A DNA stretch of 63,426 nucleotides, counting the filler, from Polymyxa betae A26-41 (taxonomy: Eukaryota; Protista; Endomyxa: Phytomyxea), in assembly GCA_003693705.1 (NCBI GenBank). It is 5 parts of 5 records of this genome, joined end to end, with 100 filler letters (N's around TTAATTAATTAA, not from the genome) between each part and the next. Parts side by side here need not be neighbours in the genome. Positions count along the whole stretch, not along the records: positions 43,761 to 58,724 come from RBZT01000303.1; positions 58,825 to 63,426 come from RBZT01000171.1; 3 more parts are not named here. One strand, given 5' to 3'. The notes below the pieces were generated by a model. It did no database searches and had not been told where the DNA came from. It worked only from the letters and a program-made list of their open reading frames with translations. Numbering within the stretch: the first letter of the stretch is position 1; each line of letters starts with the position of its first letter. Of this stretch, positions 51,423 through 63,426 are shown piece after piece. Both the position numbers and the translations under genes were made by a program.

Positions 51423-52767
51423 CTTATGACATGCGCGATGCGTACTGATGAGGAGAGCTTTGTTGCTGCACATATGTGTTGAGCACCCAGAATCGATGAT
51501 CCAGATAGATCGTTGATAAATCGGGAAATTTGCTGAGCACGCTATACTTGGGATTTGATCGCAGTTGTATTTTAAACGTGACTGTTTAGTAAGTTTCGTA
51601 GATGTCTTTGGCCGAAGTTCGGGATGTAGAGCCCAGTATTGCTCATTACTATGTGATCGTGATCGATGATAAGAGCACCGAATGTCCCTTGGGTGCTGCT
51701 CTTACGTGCATTGCTTGATCAGAATCGTCCATCTGTTCACGTTGTCGATGCGATAATTGAGGCTCGAAATTGATAAGCTCCGAAATAACGGTCTGGATCT
51801 TCAGGTCGGTATCGAACTGTATAATAACGGGGTCGAATTCTGTAGGTAAGCCAGAAAGTATCTTGTGGATTAAATCGTCATCACATACTTTCTTACCAAC
51901 AGAGCATAATTTCTGTGACAAGGACTGAAGCTTGGCAAAAAACCTGCTATCGACTGCTCACCTTTTTGCAGATTCCAGAATTCGCGGATGAATCGTGAAC
52001 ATGTAGCACGTGACTTCTTGCGAAAAGTCCCTGCAAGCCAATTCCATGCAGTGTGAGCTGACGGCTTATCAATAACAGAATTGATCTGGGAGCCAGATAG
52101 TCATGTACAAATGATAGAGAGAGCCTTCTTATCAGAGCGCTTCTCTTCAGTGGTGGCGGCAACCTTCGGCGACTTGTCAATGTAGGTATCGAGGCCTTTA
52201 GTTGATAGTTTCATCCTGACTTTGTTTTGCCATAAAAGGAGATCCTTATCATCTCTACCTTCACACCATTCAATCGATGATAGAACTTCCTTCATGATTG
52301 AGCAGAAATGGTGATGTGGGTAGGGTTGGATCTGTAATGTACGTAGGTATGTGATGTTCAGTATAGTTTTGGAGTGTAACGTAAGATGTAATGCTGTAAC
52401 GTAATGTGGAGTATAACGATGTAACGTCATGTATCGTGTACAGTCACCATTTGTGTGCACGGACTGTGTGTGTCAATATGAGTAACAGCGTGGAAACTCC
52501 GTGACAAATATTCCGTGATGAGGCTGATGTGGCGCGACTTTGTCTGCGCTGGGCTTTCGGCTGTTAACCTATAAAAATTGATGTTGACATCAATTGATCA
52601 TCTACTGAATGAATATATTTGATAGTGTTGGGAAGTTTAAATTGTTGATGATAAGTCCTCGTTGATGGCTCACAGGCCGGGGAAGTGCTGTTGCACGCGT
52701 TAGTTGCGTGGTGACTCGAATGGAGGCCACGTAATGTCTGCACTGACGTGATTGGCAGTTTCAACAC

Positions 52768-53079
52768 TTGGTATCTCTTCTCACAAAAGGCGAGCAAGCT
52801 GCGGCAGATAACGATTACCATGATGGTGACCAATACTTCTTGACGCCCTTTAGAAACCCTGGCAACGCAGCAGAAAGGGACTTTAATAGTCAGGTGAAGT
52901 CGGATATCATGGCCAAACATGAAACCATTTACAAACGTTTCGAGCATTTCAAGTGCTTGACAACTCGTCTGTTTCGCCACAGCCGCAGTCATCATATCAC
53001 CTTTACAGCAGTTGCGATGCTTGTACAGTTGACTTTGAAATATGAGCATTTGTACGACTTGAAATCCCGTCTTACTTGA
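52768..53079 (+). mobile_element. PIF/Harbinger/ISL2EU-type DDE nuclease C-terminal fragment
   Basis: ADNDY...TPF...FN...AKHETIYKRF..F..L...FRH...H..F.AVA pattern. Confidence 0.65.
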
Positions 53080-53594
53080 ATACCATTTGTATTCGTTCTG
53101 ATAAATTTGATTTTTGTTTTCTTACAAACACTAGTTCGAATTCATAGCTTTTTGCGAACGTAGCACATCTAAATTCCTCGCGGTTAGCAAAATTAAGTGG
53201 ATTTACCGCAGAGCTCTCAAAGAATTCTTTGCAGCGGTTTCGTTTCTAGAACGCGACACGTTCTAATAAAGCGTTGAATTGGATTGTGTTTTATATGGAT
53301 TCAATATCAGGCCTCAAACCTCATTCAGGCCCGTCAAGAGTGGTTCCGGACTTTCCAGACTTCAAAAGCGACTCACGCAAACTCTGCCGTCACTGGGACC
53401 CAAGTGCCGAGAATCAGCTCTCCCAGTGGCAATTCGGACTCCGTGGATACTTCCTTAGGTTCAGTCCGCAGGATCAATCCGCATCGTGGATTGACTCAGT
53501 TTCCTAATTGTCTTAGATGTAAGACAGCTATGTAATTACTGGTCTCAGCGTTTTATATAATCAGATAGTACGCACCATACTGTGTACGGAGGTC

Positions 53595-54213
53595 TTGATA
53601 ACCTCAAATCTGATTCAGACTTCTCGTTATTCCGGCTTTTTGGTTTCGGGTAGTTTGCAACTCCACGATGCCGTTATTACGCTTAGGATTCTAATTGACA
53701 GTGGAGCTGGAGCTTCCTTCTTTAAAGGGAAGCTTATTCGCCGTTATGGACTCCCTTCTATCGCTCTGAAACAGCCGCTGCAACTTACTACCTTCCGTGG
53801 ACAATCGACATCATGCGACACGATATCAATACCACTGTCGATCACTACAGGTGGAATTTCCTTTCAGAAACGCTCTATATTCTGCCAGAACGTGCTTACG
53901 ATATGATCCTGGGGTTGGACTGGCTGATAGACACTAACCCTGTCATCGATGGCAGTCACAGAAATTGATGGAAAACCGACCGTGGATTGATCGACCCTTG
54001 CCGGAAGCCACCCCGATCCTGTCGGTTGCTGTGGACATCCTCTCGACTTCCGCCAGAGAATCTTCTACAGCCTTCGCCCAATTGACGAAGTATTACTCGG
54101 AATTCCAGGACGTCTTTTCTAAGGCGAAGGCGGACATGTTACCAGAGCCATTCTATGGTGCCCTCTGTATTAAACCGCCAACTTTTGCTAGGGAGGAAAG
54201 CGCAGCCCGATAA
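53595..54213 (+). mobile_element. Ty3/Gypsy protease remnant
   Basis: ILIDSGA, YDMILGLDWL...NPVID, EFQDVFS...LP. Confidence 0.8.
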
Positions 54214-54784
54214 AATCCTCAATAAGATTCCCATAGGGTAAATACTGCCTATGTCGTAAGATCTCATCAATCCGAACTCGAAAATACTTCGATTTCTTTG
54301 TGAAAATATATATTCACGAAGTTATCGCGGTTATTCGAGATAAGGGACCGGAAAATTTTTGGACTCCGGTAGCCCTATTGCGCTGTGAGCGCACAAAATA
54401 ATTTTACGGGCTTTGTATTTGCGAAGTCAAAGAATAAAACTCCGTCTGCTTCGTTGCAAGAATCCCTAACTTTTTGACCTCCGAAAAAAACAAAAATATT
54501 TGGCAGTTTGAGCAATTTTGCGAAAAACTGCGTACGGACTTTTAGATTCTGAATTGGAGTTTCCATCAAAGTTGGCGGCTTAAGACAGTGGAGGGCTACC
54601 AAGAATCTCGCAAACGCAATTTATGTCATGATACAAATGTGACATAAATGGGAACACAAACGTGACACAAACGTTGGTGAGACGTAATTTACGTCTCACC
54701 AAATTTTGTTTCATGGCACAAATACATCTGCGCCACGGACTGCTTCACAGCCATTAAATTGCAGGGTCTTTTGTATATTTCGTA

Positions 54785-56199
54785 CTACCTCCGATCCAAA
54801 ATAACTGTCCGGTACGCATTCTTGTTCTGAATTAAGCTCTATTCTCACAGCCTAACCACATCACTTTCGAATAAATAAGCATTGTATTTTTGCATGACAG
54901 CATCAGGCTGTTTTTGGGACAAAGTAAGACAGCTTTCATATTTGGCGATCGCTGTCAAGTTTCTGGCGTCTATATAGCTTGAGTTAGGGGCAATCTTTGA
55001 GAGAAGGCATTAATGGCGTATGTATCGGTTTGGGAACCAGCTAAGCAATCTAAGCGCTTTCGGGATATCACTAAGAAGCGCGTAACAGCTGGGATATGAG
55101 GATGCCCTGGTAATGTTGAAGAATGACTTGAAAGGAGCCGTAACACATTTTTGTATCGGTTTGGGAACCAACTAAGCAATCTAAGCGCTTAGATTGCTTA
55201 GCTGGTTCCCAAACCGATACTCGTATACGTTACCTCTCACTTGAGACATCGTCATCTTCATTGAATCGCTGCTTCCATCGATTGCATATCATCATGAGCC
55301 AGACCTCGGACGCCGACGAAGGAGCTGATCCTGTTAACAATCATCTTCTACAGCAACCGCTCATCAATGATCAGCGACGGGCTGTATACGAGCGCCTCTG
55401 ACGATGTTGACCAGCAAAAGCAAACCTAAAAAGGACGCTTTCTGGTGGTAGCGCGAGAATTTAATTTTTGCTGGAAAACAGCTAACAGAATATGGCATCG
55501 GGTCAGGATTCAATTCAAGCTGGTGCCATAGTGGCCGATAATAATCACTTCAAAAACAAGTGCGGACGAAAATTGAAGTGTGCTAGCATTTTTACAACTG
55601 TAGCCTTAGTGCCCTTGGATCAAAGACCCACTCTCAGAAACTTTTTCTGATGCTACAGGAATCTCGGCGTCTACCTTACAGCGAAATGTTGCAAAAGGCG
55701 CTCTACGAAGACATACAAACTCTGTGAAACTACCCTCACCGAAGCGAATATGAACAATCGTCTCAAATTCTGTCTTTCGATGATGTGTCTGGATTCAATT
55801 GTTACTTCTCCAAAATTTGCAGATATGTTCAATATGTACATATTAATGAAAAGTGGTTCTATATCCACCGTACCAGCGACGCGCTCTCTCTCACAGCAGA
55901 TGAAAAAAAGCCGTACCATCCTGCAAAAGCAAGAATTTCATAGAAAAGATCCCGTTTTTGGCAGTTGTTTTCCGTCCACTATTTGGCACTAATGGGGCTT
56001 GTATTTTGATGGAAAATCGCCATTTGGCCCTTTACGACTACTGAACACGCCAAAAGGTCGAGCAAAAACAGGGAAAGAGGAACTTCTGTAATGAATCCCG
56101 TCAATGTAGGTTGGGAGCAGAATATTGAATCACTTATCTCCAAGTTGCTCCCTGCAGTTAAGCAAAAATTTCCACCAAATGCCACTATCTATGTCCACT
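54785..56199 (+). mobile_element. Mariner (plant/oomycete DD39D, Stowaway-type end) 5' portion, decayed
   Basis: TA + CTACCTCCG terminus; fragments QRRAVY, KCGRK, RLKFCL, HINEKWF, FDGKIAIWPF...AKRSSKNRERGT, LISKLLPAVKQKFP. Confidence 0.85.
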
Positions 56200-58600
56200 T
56201 CTAGACGAGCGGGTACCAGACGTTCGAGAGGGTTGAGAGACAGTGAAGGCTGGACCGGGAAGATCGGGGTGGAGACGATGGAATTCGGCGACAAGACCAG
56301 GAACGTGTGTGGCGATGTCATCGGCAGTCTCCCAAGAACGATCAGCAGGACCATAACCTTGCCAATGAATAACATACTGGAGCTTAGAGTAGAGTTGACC
56401 AGGTAGTGATGTGTCAGGGATGGGTCGATGTCGACGAAGACAGGGTGGCTGGACGTTGGACACGGTGAGAGATGGTGTTGGGAACGTGAGGGGTGAGGAG
56501 AGAGACGTGGAAGACTGGGTGGGTCGAGTTCAACAGTAACAGGACCTAACAACGCGTTTGATGGGGAATGGACCAATCTTGCGGGACGAAAGTTTGGGGC
56601 AGGGACGGGCGGAGGGGATGTTAGAGGTTGATAACCAGACACGGTCACCAACGGAGTTGGTAGGGGCAGGAGTACTATGACGATCAGCATAGTCTCGATA
56701 GCGTTTCTGGGCGACGGAGATCTGGTCGCGGAGCCAGGAGTGGAGCTCGGAGAGGGACTTGGCGTAAGATTCAGCACGAGGAACTTGGGCAGTAGAGAGG
56801 ATAGCATGATCAAATTTAGATGATAACCACGAAGCGCGAAGAACGGGAACACACCAGTAGCGTCATGTTAAGAGTTGCTTTAGGAGAAATCGGCGAGAGG
56901 AAGGAGATGAGACCAGTGGGAGTGGCGGTAAAAATTGCAGCAACCGAGGTATTGCTCGAGGACTCGGTTGAAGCGTTCGGCTTGACCGTTTGTTTGGCAG
57001 TGGTAACCGGATGTTAGAGAGACAACTGCTCCAAGAAGTTCGAAGAGACGGTTCCAGAACTTCGAGATGAATTGAGGACCACGATCGCAGATGATCTGGT
57101 CGGGGACGCCGTAGAGACTTACGATGGTGGACAGGAACATGTGAGCTNNGGGCCATGGCAGGGGATGATGGTCAGTCTTGGTGAGACGTTCAACGAAGAC
57201 CAGGATGCAGTTGGACTCATTGGAATCGGGAAGGTCGGTGATTAAATCGAGACCGACCCAACAGAATGGGCGCAGCGGAACAGGGAGCGGCTGGAGGAGG
57301 CCGGCAGGCTTTTGTCTGAAAGACTTGGCCCGTGCACAGGTGTCGCAGGAGGAGACAGAAGTCTTGACGTAGGCTGAGATACCAGGCCACCAATAGCTTC
57401 GCTTGACGAGCTCGAGGGAGCGGGCCGAGCCGAAATGGCCAGCCGTTGGGGCATCGTGAGAGGACCGGAGGACAGCGAGGCGGCAGTCGTCGCTGTCGGG
57501 AGATAGATGCGGTTTCGGAAAAGGACATTTCCGGATCGCGAAAACTCGGAGTCGGGGGAGAGCTCATCGAGCTTGGACAGGGCATACTCGTCTTTGGCGG
57601 TAGCTTGGAAGAGACTGTCGTAGAAAGCAGTGGAGGTGAGGCCGGTGCTGGCCACCTAAACTAGGAGGGTGGAAGACGCAGTGACATTATCGGGATCAGG
57701 AACCGGAACAGGAGCTGGGACGGGACCCGATTCGTGACTAGGGAGATGAAAGGATTCGGGAACGGAACCCGGAGCAGGAACAGGGACAATCGCTGGGATG
57801 AAACCAGCGGCGGAGGCAGAGGCAGGATCATAGGGAAAGGATTCGGGGCGGAACATGGAAAACGATGGGAGGTTAGGACGGGAGGCTTCAAGATCGGGTC
57901 GACGAGAGAGGGCGTCGGCCTTGCTGTTGCGAGCACCAGGACGGTAGCNNAGAAGAACTGGGACCACCGGGCTTGGCAGCTTGACAGGGACTTCACTGTC
58001 TGGAGTATCGCAGGGATTTGTGGTCAGAGGGGTCTGTGATCGGATGGTGGACGCCTTCAAAGTAGTGTCGCCATGCTGTACAGGCGGCGTTGATTGCCAG
58101 GAGTTCTTTGTCGCGGATATCGTAAGGAGATTCAGCAGGGTTCAGGGATCTGGAGTAGAAGCAACAGGGATGGATGATACTTTGGGAGTCGGGCTGGGAC
58201 AGGATGGCGCCGATGGCAAAGTCGCTGGCGTCGGTTTCGAGGATGAAGGGCTTCGAGGGGTCAGCATGGACCAGGATTGGTGCGGAAGAGAAAGCCTTCT
58301 TCAGGGCGTCGAATGCGGATTCTTGTTCGTGAGTCCATGAGAATGGAGTGTCTTTTCGCGTTATTAGAGTTAAGGGTCGGACAATGGCAAAAAGGTTCTG
58401 AATAAAACGACGATAGAAAGTTGCAAAGCCAAGGAAAGATTGAACAGCTTTAACATTTTTCGGAGGACAATCGGTAACAGCTTAACTTTAGAAAGGTCCA
58501 TAGAAACACCAGGGGAAGAGACAATATAACCGAGGACTTCTGTCTAAGAAGTAGAAAATTCACATTTCTCGAGCTTAGCGCAAAGCTTATGTGTCATAAT
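56200..58600 (-). mobile_element. Ty3/Gypsy chromovirus pol fragment (RT end, RNase H, integrase, chromodomain)
   Basis: KLEKCEF, FLGFA.FYRRFI, ETDASDFA, YRPG..N.KADALSR, DRGPQF, GQAERFN, YVIHWQGYG...SWE. Confidence 0.92.
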
Positions 58601-58724
58601 TCCCTCTATTATCTTCAGTACTTTCTTTCTTACTGTAACAGAGTACAGTACGCTTTTGATCCATATCTATTTAGAAAAAGGAATTCATTCTACTAATCGG
58701 CAAACGGACCTTCGTGTGCTTTAA

Positions 58725-58824
58725 NNNNNNNNNNNNNNNNNNNNNNNNNNNNNNNNNNNNNNNNNNNNTTAATTAATTAANNNNNNNNNNNNNNNNNNNN
58801 NNNNNNNNNNNNNNNNNNNNNNNN
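58725..58824. other. Artificial contig spacer
   Basis: 44 N + TTAATTAATTAA + 44 N. Confidence 0.97.
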
Positions 58825-61802
58825 TCACCGTCCACCATATCTCAAGCCTACAATCGATAGACACGATATAACAACAAACAATAGAACTGTATTTTTTGTA
58901 TATGGCTTGTTACCGCATTACAACAGGAGAAGTGAACTCTCCTAGCCTTCACAGTTATAAGAACTGCGGATGAGAAAACGGACACCGTCCTCGCCATCCA
59001 CGGACAACGGTATCTCAGTGGCGTCACAGGCAGGGGTGAGCCATGAGTCGGCCTCCATCCGAGTCGCCTTTTCAACAGTTTTAAAGTAAGCTGAGTTGTC
59101 TCCGGCACTATAACGTCGGTCGCATCCGCCCAAAACGATTCTCGATCCCACAACCTCTCGGTTATACGGCAAGCTATTCAACAAAGCGAAGTCATAGCCT
59201 GTTCTCAATTTATTGAACCGAAAAATGAAAAACTGCGACGATACAACTTGTGATGAACTTAATTGAAGTCCTCTTTCACAATATTGATGGAGTTACACCC
59301 TAATTAGGGTTTACTACGATATGTGATCATCAAAGTGTGTTAGGGTTGGCCAGATACAGATATCCCAATCCCAATAAAGACCTGGATTGAGCATACACGC
59401 TGACCTTCAAGTTTGAACGAATTTACCGGATCCTAACATAGGGTCCTAACCCTAACCCTATAGAATCTCTAATACTGAGAAATAATGAGGCATTGGAGAG
59501 CGTCCTATGATCGAGACCAGAGAACAGAAAAGCGGCCATTATGGTAAAAGGAGGTTGCCATCAAAAGCACCAAAGAGGACAGCGCCGAGTATGAAGATGA
59601 TCGTATTTAGCAGGTTAAACCAGATCCTGTTAAAGAAAAAGTTTCGATTTGGAACTGCAAACCTGTTGAGGTCCAGATTGCGAACTTTTGGAATGATGAT
59701 TGGACGAGGGTTTAGGGTTTTAGGTTCGTAGGCGTCGTATGCCAACTTGAAGGTGACATCGATGATGACGGTATGTGAGCCGACTCAGGAGGCATGGCGC
59801 TCCAGTTGAGATAATCGAACCCGAAGACTCCGAAGACAGAACGCCAAGATTCAACAGGTTCCTTTCCTTGAACATTTTTCGAATATTGCTTCAGCGTTTG
59901 AAATTCAAAATTGACCTCAATTACGCCATTTTGTTGCTCGAAATTGGGGAGATGAGGTCGGAAAACATTGAAATGGAACTTGAACACGCCAGGTAATATT
60001 CTATTCTTACAAAAGTGTTGCCGTCTTATCACCCAAAATCAGGAGACTGCTTTTATGATGATATAGAGAAAAATCTTTTTAAAATCAAAAAAATATGCCT
60101 GTCACTAACGAAGTTTTCGTTTCCTTGCATGTGTAACATAATTGCCGATTGAATAACGTAATATGTGTTCGGATCTTGATAATATCGGGCGATTCTCTGT
60201 TAACAATGGTATTGAAAGCTCTCAATATTTCGATTCCTGTGAAGGGCGATTTCAATAAGCTGCAGTGAGCAATTCTCGCTCGATGATTGATGCCAACCCG
60301 ATGCAGCAACTGTACAGTAAAAAACGCCATCAAAAAGCTAATCGAAGCAGCGCCTTTCAGAGATATTGACTGAATACTTTAACCCTGATACGCACTCCGT
60401 AGTGTCTATTAGTATAGACACTAGACTTTTAGCGTAAAATAACTTCGTTCCGATCAATTTTTTTAACAAAATTTGTAACGAATCGCCGTTGGATTGGCTG
60501 TCCACGATCCAAAAGTTTTGATTTTTCTAAACTAGAGCTGAAATTCACGCGGAAATTCCATGTTTTGCTTGACCGATTTTTCGCAATTTTTGGCCACGGA
60601 GTCCCCTATCAAAATTCCTTAGTGTCTATATTATAGGCGTCGTCCATTTTAACTTTTAAGGCATTCTCAAATTCATTCAGTCTATTGAGTTTGGAATATA
60701 TTCTGGCTCAGTTTTTCACTATGAGCATGGTGAAGATAGTCCAGCCTTCATGATCATATTTTTGATCCTTGTGATCTTGAAAAAACCGATTATTATGCAG
60801 CAAATTTTGAGCTGCATGAGATCATCAGGGAGGGTTGTGTGCATTATTTGAGTGGCTCTTTTCCCTTTTTTTTAATTGTCGAAACGTTGGTTGCCTCTCA
60901 TGATTTCGTCTTCGCTGTTTGTTGCGCTCAAAGCTGATTCACAGTGTGTTCTTCTTGCTACAGCTGAAAGGCTGTTTTTAAATTGGGGCATTAGCGCAAA
61001 ACCAAATTTTGGTAAGAGTTGGTGTATTCTTTATATGTAGACCACTGTTGTAGGGGGCTACGTGGATTCACTTGCCAGTGCTTGGCTGACGAATCCAAGT
61101 TTTGGTTTTCAATACAATACTGCATAGTCTCGNNNNNNNNNNNNNNNNNNNNNNNNNNNNNNNNNNNNNNNNNNNNNNNNNNNNNNNNNNNNNNNNNNNN
61201 NNNNNNNNNNNNNNNNNNNNNNNNNNNNNNNNNNNNNNNNNNNNNNNNNNNNNNNNNNNNNNNNNNNNNNNNNNNNNNNNNNNNNNNNNNNNNNNNNNNN
61301 NNNNNNNNNATAAGCGTTTTGTCTGGCAAATGCATTTCGCAGGAGGTTGCATTTTCAGGTTGCAAGTTTGCTTGAATCCATAGCCTGAGCAATTCCACAA
61401 ACCAGAGGGAATGGGCCCAAATCGGGTCAGTGTTTGTCTTGCCCAATCCACCGTCGGCGCCCATCTTGGTCCATATAACTATGACCATGGAGCGGTCGGA
61501 GGGGCCCCCAACACCCTCTCGACCGACATCGACTGTGACGGACGGAACGCACTCTACCGGCCTTTATTTGGCCAGCGTATACTTCTGGTTAAAAATCCGT
61601 TTGCCAGAATTATAGCCGACTGCGATCTAGGCGCAATTTTTTCCATCCACAAAATACTGACCAAATGGCTACAAACGTTGATAAGCGCAAAACATTCTGC
61701 GTAGAAAGCGCAGCCTGCGAAATGACCAAGCCAATCCAAATCCAGTCACGCACACTACGCAAAATCTGACTTCATTCCTGTCTTCTCATCTCCATCATAG
61801 AG

Positions 61803-63220
61803 ATGACCAGCATCATTAGGGTCGCTGTCGTCCTGGTCCTCACGGTCGCGCGTATCTGCGCCCTTACTGAATCTGACGCTCAGCTTCAGGTTGAACGTTT
61901 ACATGCCACTTTCGAGTCCGTCGGCACGGACTCGATCAACCTCTGCGAGAATGATATCGCGATGGTGGATCAACTGACCCATCATTACTCGTCGGCGCTG
62001 CCGTCATCATCGTCTTCTTCACTCCCAATCGGGCTTTTATTCAAATCGAAACTCCGAACTGCCCTTATTAAACATTTGCTGCATTCTACCAGCATTCATA
62101 AAGTCCTATTTGGTGCGATACTGCTGGCGCTGCATCTTCCTGCCTCACTTGATCTCGTTACTCTACTACTGAATCGAGCTCAGCAGGAACCTCAATTTCA
62201 GTTCCGTGGTTATTATAGCCTCATCATACCCAAGATGAAGAAGGCAGATATTGAGAAGCTTATCCAGACCCTCCTCAATAATTTTGTGCTTTCCGAAAAG
62301 ACGAGATCACCATTGGATGCAGAAACTGTTCGAAGTTCAACGCAACGTTTTGCTTAAGACCTTCTCAAACATGCTTCAATGCAATTCCGTCAAAAGATTT
62401 CTGCTGAAACTTCTGCTTTGTTAACTCCATTCTGGTGGACGGAATTCTTTGACTACGAGCTGATGTGTCACAAATCGGGCGAATCGATTCGTGTTCTGTT
62501 CTCACCAGACTGCGATCAGGACGCTTTTATCCAAGAGGCCGTTGTTCGGGGATGTCTCCGATTTTGCGAAAACAACTCCGCAATTCCTGATTTTGTGACT
62601 TTGTGGAATGGCGTTCCCTACCCCGAACTCAGCAAGTATTTTATTCCGGTTTTCGTGTACTGATCATTAATTGTTTTCAAGGCCGATTGAAGAGCTGCTG
62701 TTCGCAACGGATTTTTCCCGGCAAATGAGCCATGCTCGCGGACTCCGTGACCGTGATATCTGGCTTCATATTCGGGATATTTTCACCGTATTTCAAGCAA
62801 TCATTATCCATACGGAGTAATAGGGCATATCTGTTCTCATTCTGTATTTCTGACTGCTTTCAAGGAAACTGCTTCCCACTCGCCGGAATGTTTTCGACCG
62901 ATTCCAGAATCAAGGTCTGTGAACTTTGATTTTCTTTTCTGAATTTTTATTTTCCTAATTTGTGCAATATTTGGGGTCGTTTTAATCGTGATGAAATCTG
63001 TCGTGATTTGATGGTGTACTCATTATTTCTCTATAGTGTCGATTTGCGACCGATCGGAAATATGCATTTAGTATTGATGGATTTACATCCCGATCTCTAC
63101 ACTCAATATCTTTCCATATCATCGAGACCAACTTCGTCTCAATTTATGGATCTCGCCGAATGTCTGTCTGCAAGGTCCGCACTTTTCATTTTACGAAACT
63201 TTGCGAAAATTTTCATCTAA
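61803..63220 (+). pseudogene. Secreted orphan protein with an in-frame stop (candidate effector pseudogene)
   Basis: MTSIIRVAVVLVLTVARICA start; TAA at 62355-62357 followed by an in-frame continuation (62379-62663) and further ORF pieces. Confidence 0.5.
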
Positions 63221-63426
63221 ACCCGATTGCGTCCGAGCGGATCGACCCGACGATTTTCTACCAAGTCTTTGGACGGTTTGGTAGTAGGTGGTCGTCCATA
63301 TTTCACTTATTAGAAATAACATCGGAAACGGGCACCTATCCGGATCATGGTCTTCGTAATATCTTCAATGTGGTTCTTGGCGCCCTTCCTGCTCTTCGTA
63401 AAAACATTGCTGCAGAGATATATCCA

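Larger units (their letters stand above)
44830..52487 (-). mobile_element. Decayed Ty1/Copia retrotransposon (gag-PR-IN-RT-RH) interrupted by two hAT elements
   Basis: In order on the minus strand: gag ILSGLPTEFD, PR WIIDSGCS, WHQRLGH, IN HCD/DNGGEY, RT KFKAR/KSLYGLK/DLG, RH STTEAEY/EDNQ/ADALTK. A possible 5' LTR starts TG at 52487; no 3' LTR seen. Confidence 0.93.

Noticed and set aside
43976-53079. One Harbinger element spanning the Myb-like gene and the DDE fragment around the Copia
   Set aside because: No TIRs, TSD or sequence continuity found across the Copia boundaries; cannot be supported.

Overview
Eukaryotic DNA from a compact, flagellated protist-like genome: GT-AG introns of about 47-56 nt, a radial-spoke gene and TTAGGG/TTTAGGG-like motifs. 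A plasmodiophorid-type parasite is plausible, but that is inference. The window is not contiguous. Four artificial 100-nt spacers (44 N + TTAATTAATTAA + 44 N) join five contigs: 1-11199, 11300-25453, 25554-43660, 43761-58724 and 58825-63426. Contig 3 is a dense housekeeping block (variant histone H3, Mpv17/PMP22, RecQ, WRAP53/TCAB1, TMEM135, an LtaS-like sulfatase, RSPH4/6, ZC2HC1, UTP23). Contig 4 is a transposon nest: a Copia element hit twice by one hAT family, plus mariner, Harbinger-type and Gypsy remnants. Contigs 1 and 5 carry orphan signal-peptide genes. The most novel signal is an unrecognised intron-containing gene family present on two contigs (about 960-1408 minus and 20847-25151 plus). 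It has a DxAxD...IYN...RxE motif series resembling Rep_trans-type nicking enzymes. In the fuller copy it is followed by USP-like and Ulp1-like domains, both with Ser at the catalytic Cys position. It is a candidate undescribed mobile element. All family calls come from motif recognition by eye, not database searches.
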